The notes beneath the pieces are model-generated. The model was not told the DNA's origin, did not search any database, and saw only the letters and a list, made by a program, of their open reading frames with translations. 32,000 nt of DNA from Prochlorococcus sp. MIT 0801. Its GTDB lineage: Bacteria; Cyanobacteriota; Cyanobacteriia; PCC-6307; Cyanobiaceae. Position numbers and translations under genes: made by a program. Shown here in pieces: positions 28,208 through 32,000 of this stretch. Position 1 is the stretch's first letter. Each line of letters begins with the position of its first letter. Location: positions 540,001-572,000 of the forward strand of contig NZ_CP007754.1 of assembly GCF_000757865.1 (NCBI RefSeq), in the 5' to 3' direction.

Positions 28208-29428
28208 ATGAAAATCAGAGGCATCCCTTTAAGGATCCATCCAAGTTGGTTTTTGGTTTTCTTGTATTTTACTGTGTCGGCTAGAGATCAGTTCGAGACG
28301 GTTTTTGATGGTCAAGTATCTATTTGGAATGGATGGGTGATAGGTGCTTTTACTGCTTCTCTTTTATTTTTATCTGTTTTATTGCATGAATTGGCTCATT
28401 CTTTTGTAGCAATTGGGGAGGGCTTAAAAGTTAGAGACATAACACTTTTTTTTCTTGGAGGTATGGCAAATCTTGAAAAAGAATGCCCGACTTCAAAAGG
28501 AAGTTTGAAAATTGCAATTTCAGGTCCCGTTGTTAGTCTTTTATTAGCTTTTTTAATGATTTTATTAAGTAATAAGTTATCAGTATCAAATTTAATTCTC
28601 TCTAATTTACTTAAGCAGGTTGGTAGCCTAAATTTTTTGATAGGCGTATTTAATTTACTTCCGATAATGCCTCTTGATGGTGGCGTAATATTAAAATCTT
28701 TAATTTGGCATTTTACAGGGAGTAAAAGAGCAGGGATTAAAGTGGCTATTACCTCTGCCAGATTAATTTCTTTTATTGCTATTTTCATTGGTATTTTAAG
28801 TTTACTTAGGGGTAACTTATATTTCGCAATTTGCTTTTCTATTATTGGTTTATTTGTTTTTTCTTCATCTAAATCACAGAGCCAAATTATTCAAATACAA
28901 AATATTTTGTCTGAAGTATATGTAAATCAGGTTTATAGTCGTTCATTCAGGGTCCTTGAGGATGATTTACCTGTCAAAGTTTTATCTAAATTTAATTCAT
29001 TGAATAATAATAATCGTTTCAATGAAGAATGGATACTCATTTGTAGAGAAGGGAGATGGGTCGGTTATGTTAATGAAAAAATATTGAAGAATATTTCTGT
29101 GCAGAACTGGGATAAAAGATTTCTTTATGAGTTCTTATTACCAATAAATGAATTGCCATCTATTAGTGAAAACGAATTATTATGGAAAGCAATAATAAAA
29201 ATAGAAAAAACTAAAAACGGAAGACTACTTGTTCTTTCAGTTTGTGGTCTTCCTCTTGGCACTTTAGATAGAGTAGATATCGCTAAAGCATTACTTAAAA
29301 AAATCGGATTAAATATTCCAGATCAATTTATTAAAATTGCTAGAAAAGAGAATATTTATCCACTAGGATTGAATCTACTTGATATTGCACAATCAATGGT
29401 TTCGAATGATTTAAAAGAGGATCAATAA
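28208..29428 (+). CDS. site-2 protease family (M50) zinc metalloprotease with C-terminal CBS-like region
   Basis: HELAHSF (HExxH) and NLLPIMPLDGG (NxxPxxxLDG) sit within a polytopic N-terminal half. The ATG at 28208 (MKIRGIPLRIHPSWF) is preferred to the TTG-extended track start at 28166. Confidence 0.85.
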   Translation: MKIRGIPLRIHPSWFLVFLYFTVSARDQFETVFDGQVSIWNGWVIGAFTASLLFLSVLLHELAHSFVAIGEGLKVRDITLFFLGGMANLEKECPTSKGSLKIAISGPVVSLLLAFLMILLSNKLSVSNLILSNLLKQVGSLNFLIGVFNLLPIMPLDGGVILKSLIWHFTGSKRAGIKVAITSARLISFIAIFIGILSLLRGNLYFAICFSIIGLFVFSSSKSQSQIIQIQNILSEVYVNQVYSRSFRVLEDDLPVKVLSKFNSLNNNNRFNEEWILICREGRWVGYVNEKILKNISVQNWDKRFLYEFLLPINELPSISENELLWKAIIKIEKTKNGRLLVLSVCGLPLGTLDRVDIAKALLKKIGLNIPDQFIKIARKENIYPLGLNLLDIAQSMVSNDLKEDQ

Positions 29429-30171
29429 TTATTTATTCCTTTAAATTTATTTATAGTAAAATGTTTTATTATTTCTTTTTCTTTTTGATCTAATTTATAA
29501 TAAGAGATCTTTGAATTGGGCCATGTTTGGCCTAACGATTCTTTTAGAAAATTTATAATTTTATCTTTATCTTTAATTTCATTTTTTATCTTTGGTGGAT
29601 CTGCGTTGAAAACTTTTTTCCATAATTCTTTTGAAGGTTCCATTAAGATTTCTCCATGCTGAAGTAAATGTCCCTTTCTCCAATACTGAGCACTTCCAAT
29701 ATGTTTGTTTTTATCTTTATCAACTAGGTCAGCTAATGTTGAAGTCGAAAAACAATTGCTATTAGATATATTCACTGGCTGATTCCCAAAAAACAGATCC
29801 ACTCCAGCTTTTTTAAAACCATCTTTTAACCATTGAGTTGTCTTTAAATATGATTCTTTTTTATTTCTTGGTGGATATTTCCATATAAGAGCGTAAGTTA
29901 GTCCTCTGCTATGAAGAACAGCTTTCCCTCCACTAGGTCTTCTTACAATTTTTAACTGTTCATTTTTTAAAAGTTCAATCCATGTTTTTGGCAGTTCTTT
30001 TTGGTTGTTCCCAATCGATAGCCAGTCTCCCTCCCACGTATAAAAACGTACTGCCATGTTGAAATTGTGGTCAGTAAATGACTTCTCTAATAGGAAGAGA
30101 TCGATTGCCATTTGCTCTGGTCCACTTAATTCAAGAGGATTTAAATAAAGGACTTCTTCTAGATTATTCAT
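29422..30171 (-). CDS. lipoate/octanoate-protein ligase family (BPL_LplA_LipB domain)
   Basis: 249 aa. RRPSGGKAVLH and KHIGSAQYWRKGHLLQHG (catalytic Lys region) are typical of LplA/LipM-type ligases. Confidence 0.8.
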   Translation of the reverse strand: MNNLEEVLYLNPLELSGPEQMAIDLFLLEKSFTDHNFNMAVRFYTWEGDWLSIGNNQKELPKTWIELLKNEQLKIVRRPSGGKAVLHSRGLTYALIWKYPPRNKKESYLKTTQWLKDGFKKAGVDLFFGNQPVNISNSNCFSTSTLADLVDKDKNKHIGSAQYWRKGHLLQHGEILMEPSKELWKKVFNADPPKIKNEIKDKDKIINFLKESLGQTWPNSKISYYKLDQKEKEIIKHFTINKFKGINNY

Positions 30172-30307
30172 TTTATTTTTTAGTTATTCGTCATAAAAAC
30201 GTTGGGTATTGATACCACCCATATTTATTTTCTTTTTTGAATTTATAAATGCATTGAAAGAAGTCAAATAATTGATTCCATTTTTAATTAAGTTACCATG
30301 AAAAAAA

Positions 30308-30733
30308 TTGGCAAATTTTAATTTAATTTTGGGACAACCTCAGCGAATTGAAGAGCCGTTCAGAAGGAAACGTTTAAAAAAAATTAATAAAAGCAATCCT
30401 TCTGTAAATAAAAAAATAGATGCTTTCACTCAAGTTTCTGAATTTCAGAAAGAAGAAGTTAGGCGGGAGCTTTTATATAGCCATGTGGGATTAATTTTGA
30501 AGCTTGGATTATTTATTGTATTTGCAACCAGCCTCGTGAACTTAGGACTTGCTTCTCATCAACGTGTGAATAGAAATCTAGAGTTGTCATATCTATTAGA
30601 AAAAGAATCAAAAAAACTTCACAACTTAAGACTACGTTTTGATGAAATGTTTACTAATGGTGGAGAACAACGTTTCTTTAAAGAGCAAGATCAGTGGATT
30701 ACTCCAAATAGTGTCAGAGTTATCTGGCGATGA
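30308..30733 (+). CDS. hypothetical bitopic membrane protein (FtsB/DivIC-like candidate)
   Basis: 141-aa ORF with a basic N-terminus, one TM span (VGLILKLGLFIVFATSLVNLGL), then a short coiled-coil-like stretch and a C-terminal tail. There is no in-frame ATG before the TM, so the start is either TTG 30308 or GTG 30485. Confidence 0.45.
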   Translation: MANFNLILGQPQRIEEPFRRKRLKKINKSNPSVNKKIDAFTQVSEFQKEEVRRELLYSHVGLILKLGLFIVFATSLVNLGLASHQRVNRNLELSYLLEKESKKLHNLRLRFDEMFTNGGEQRFFKEQDQWITPNSVRVIWR

Positions 30734-30801
30734 TTAACTTTGCTTCTCTGAGGTTTAGATTTGTGTTTGAAAATTGATTAAAATAGTTTTTATTAAGGAA
30801 T

Positions 30802-31815
30802 ATGGCTCTAGTACAAGCGGCACCAGGAACTGTATTAATTACTGGAACAACATCAGGAGTTGGGTTGTATGCAACAAAGTCTTTGGTAGAGAGGGGTTGG
30901 AGAGTTATTACCGCAAATAGATGTTCTGTGAGAGCTGAAGCTTCAGCATCCGCAGTTGGATTGCCTACCAATAGTCCAAGACAACTTAAACATATACAAA
31001 TTGATCTTGGCGACTTGGATAGCGTACGTAATGGGGCTAAAAGTCTTTTACAGGATTTGGAAAAGCCATTGGATGCTTTAGTTTGTAATGCTGCTGTATA
31101 TCTTCCGCGTTTAAAAAAGCCTTTGAGATCTCCACAGGGATATGAAATATCAATGGCAACAAATCATTTTGGGCATTTTTTATTAATTCAGATGCTATTG
31201 GAAAATCTTAGTAAGTCTTCAAGACCAGTCTGGAAGGGAAGATCTTGGGGGGTTGAATCATCGAGGGTGGTTATTTTAGGAACCGTAACAGCTAACAATA
31301 AAGAACTTGGAGGAAAAATACCAATACCTGCGCCTGCTGATCTAGGAAATTTATCTGGTTTTGAAGAAGGTTTTTGCGACCCCATATCAATGGCTAGTGG
31401 TAAACGTTTTAAACCAGGCAAAGCCTATAAAGATAGTAAGTTATGCAATATGATTACAACCCAAGAATTACATAGACGATTTAATTCTTCTCCAATTCTT
31501 TTTAGCTCTCTATATCCCGGATGTGTAGCTAATACAAGATTATTTAGAAACACTCCTAAACTGTTTCAGTGGTTGTTCCCATGGTTTCAGAAATTAATAA
31601 CAGGAGGTTTCGTAAGTGAAGCACTGGCTGGAGATAGAGTAGCCCAAGTCGTTTCAGACCCTCAATTTGCTATTTCTGGCGTTCATTGGAGTTGGGGTAA
31701 TAGACAACGCAAGGATAGACAACAATTTTCACAAGAATTGTCGGATCGAGTGACTGATCCAGTGACCTCTAGAAAAGTTTGGGAATTGTCTATGCGATTA
31801 GTTGGGCTGAAATGA
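30802..31815 (+). CDS. por: light-dependent NADPH:protochlorophyllide oxidoreductase
   Basis: 337 aa. [22 protein letters not shown] and YKDSKLCNM are the LPOR-type SDR signatures. Confidence 0.95.
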   Translation: MALVQAAPGTVLITGTTSGVGLYATKSLVERGWRVITANRCSVRAEASASAVGLPTNSPRQLKHIQIDLGDLDSVRNGAKSLLQDLEKPLDALVCNAAVYLPRLKKPLRSPQGYEISMATNHFGHFLLIQMLLENLSKSSRPVWKGRSWGVESSRVVILGTVTANNKELGGKIPIPAPADLGNLSGFEEGFCDPISMASGKRFKPGKAYKDSKLCNMITTQELHRRFNSSPILFSSLYPGCVANTRLFRNTPKLFQWLFPWFQKLITGGFVSEALAGDRVAQVVSDPQFAISGVHWSWGNRQRKDRQQFSQELSDRVTDPVTSRKVWELSMRLVGLK

Positions 31816-31831
31816 TTCTTGAACTAGCTCT

Positions 31832-32000
<169 letters not shown>

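Noticed and set aside
28396-28788. 130-aa ORF antisense to the M50 protease gene, the longest shadow ORF in the track
   Set aside because: It has no recognisable motifs. It lies opposite the Leu/Ile/Phe-rich transmembrane coding region, whose complementary frame is naturally poor in stop codons. The sense gene has unambiguous HExxH and LDG motifs.
5641-31421. Remaining short antisense track ORFs (5641..5904, 8416..8688, 10323..10550, 12587..12781, 13596..13814, 14220..14507, 14296..14478, 18593..18841, 21797..21985, 22144..22335, 23941..24132, 25006..25191, 25451..25660, 30720..30971, 31188..31421)
   Set aside because: Each is nested inside, or largely overlaps, a confidently assigned gene on the opposite strand. 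All are 60-95 aa with no recognisable domain. I treat them as shadow ORFs.

Overview
This is a densely packed, visibly AT-rich chromosomal segment with about 35 protein-coding genes on both strands and intergenic spacers mostly under 150 nt. Gene content and order are purA-psb27-proS, ppa, lepB, ftsI-tal, frr-pyrH-cobO, hemH-ilvB, an S1-like protein plus Tab2-like protein, ado-aar-accA, trpF and por/chlL. This marks it as core genome of a marine picocyanobacterium, most likely a low-light-adapted Prochlorococcus marinus (NATL/SS120-like). That assignment rests on recognising the proteins, not on a search. I found no rRNA, tRNA, CRISPR array, transposon or prophage block. The clearest specialised system is the known two-gene alkane pathway (aldehyde-deformylating oxygenase plus acyl-ACP reductase), which sits in a co-directional lipid cluster (creatininase-family protein, ado, aar, accA, SDR) with a strong intrinsic terminator between ado and aar. 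Other points worth a second look:
- A catalytically intact tyrosine recombinase stranded between cobO and hemH with no mobile-element context.
- An excisionase-like HTH protein.
- Two small bitopic coiled-coil proteins that look like FtsL-like and FtsB/DivIC-like divisome candidates.
- An unusually long 299-nt AT-rich spacer between convergent genes.
- A tandem pair of RNA-binding protein genes (S1-like and Tab2-like).
- A probably non-catalytic secreted SNase-fold protein.
- Several genes whose start codon is forced to be TTG or GTG.
I do not see convincing evidence for a wholly new multi-gene system. This is an ordinary core region and interest scores are modest accordingly.
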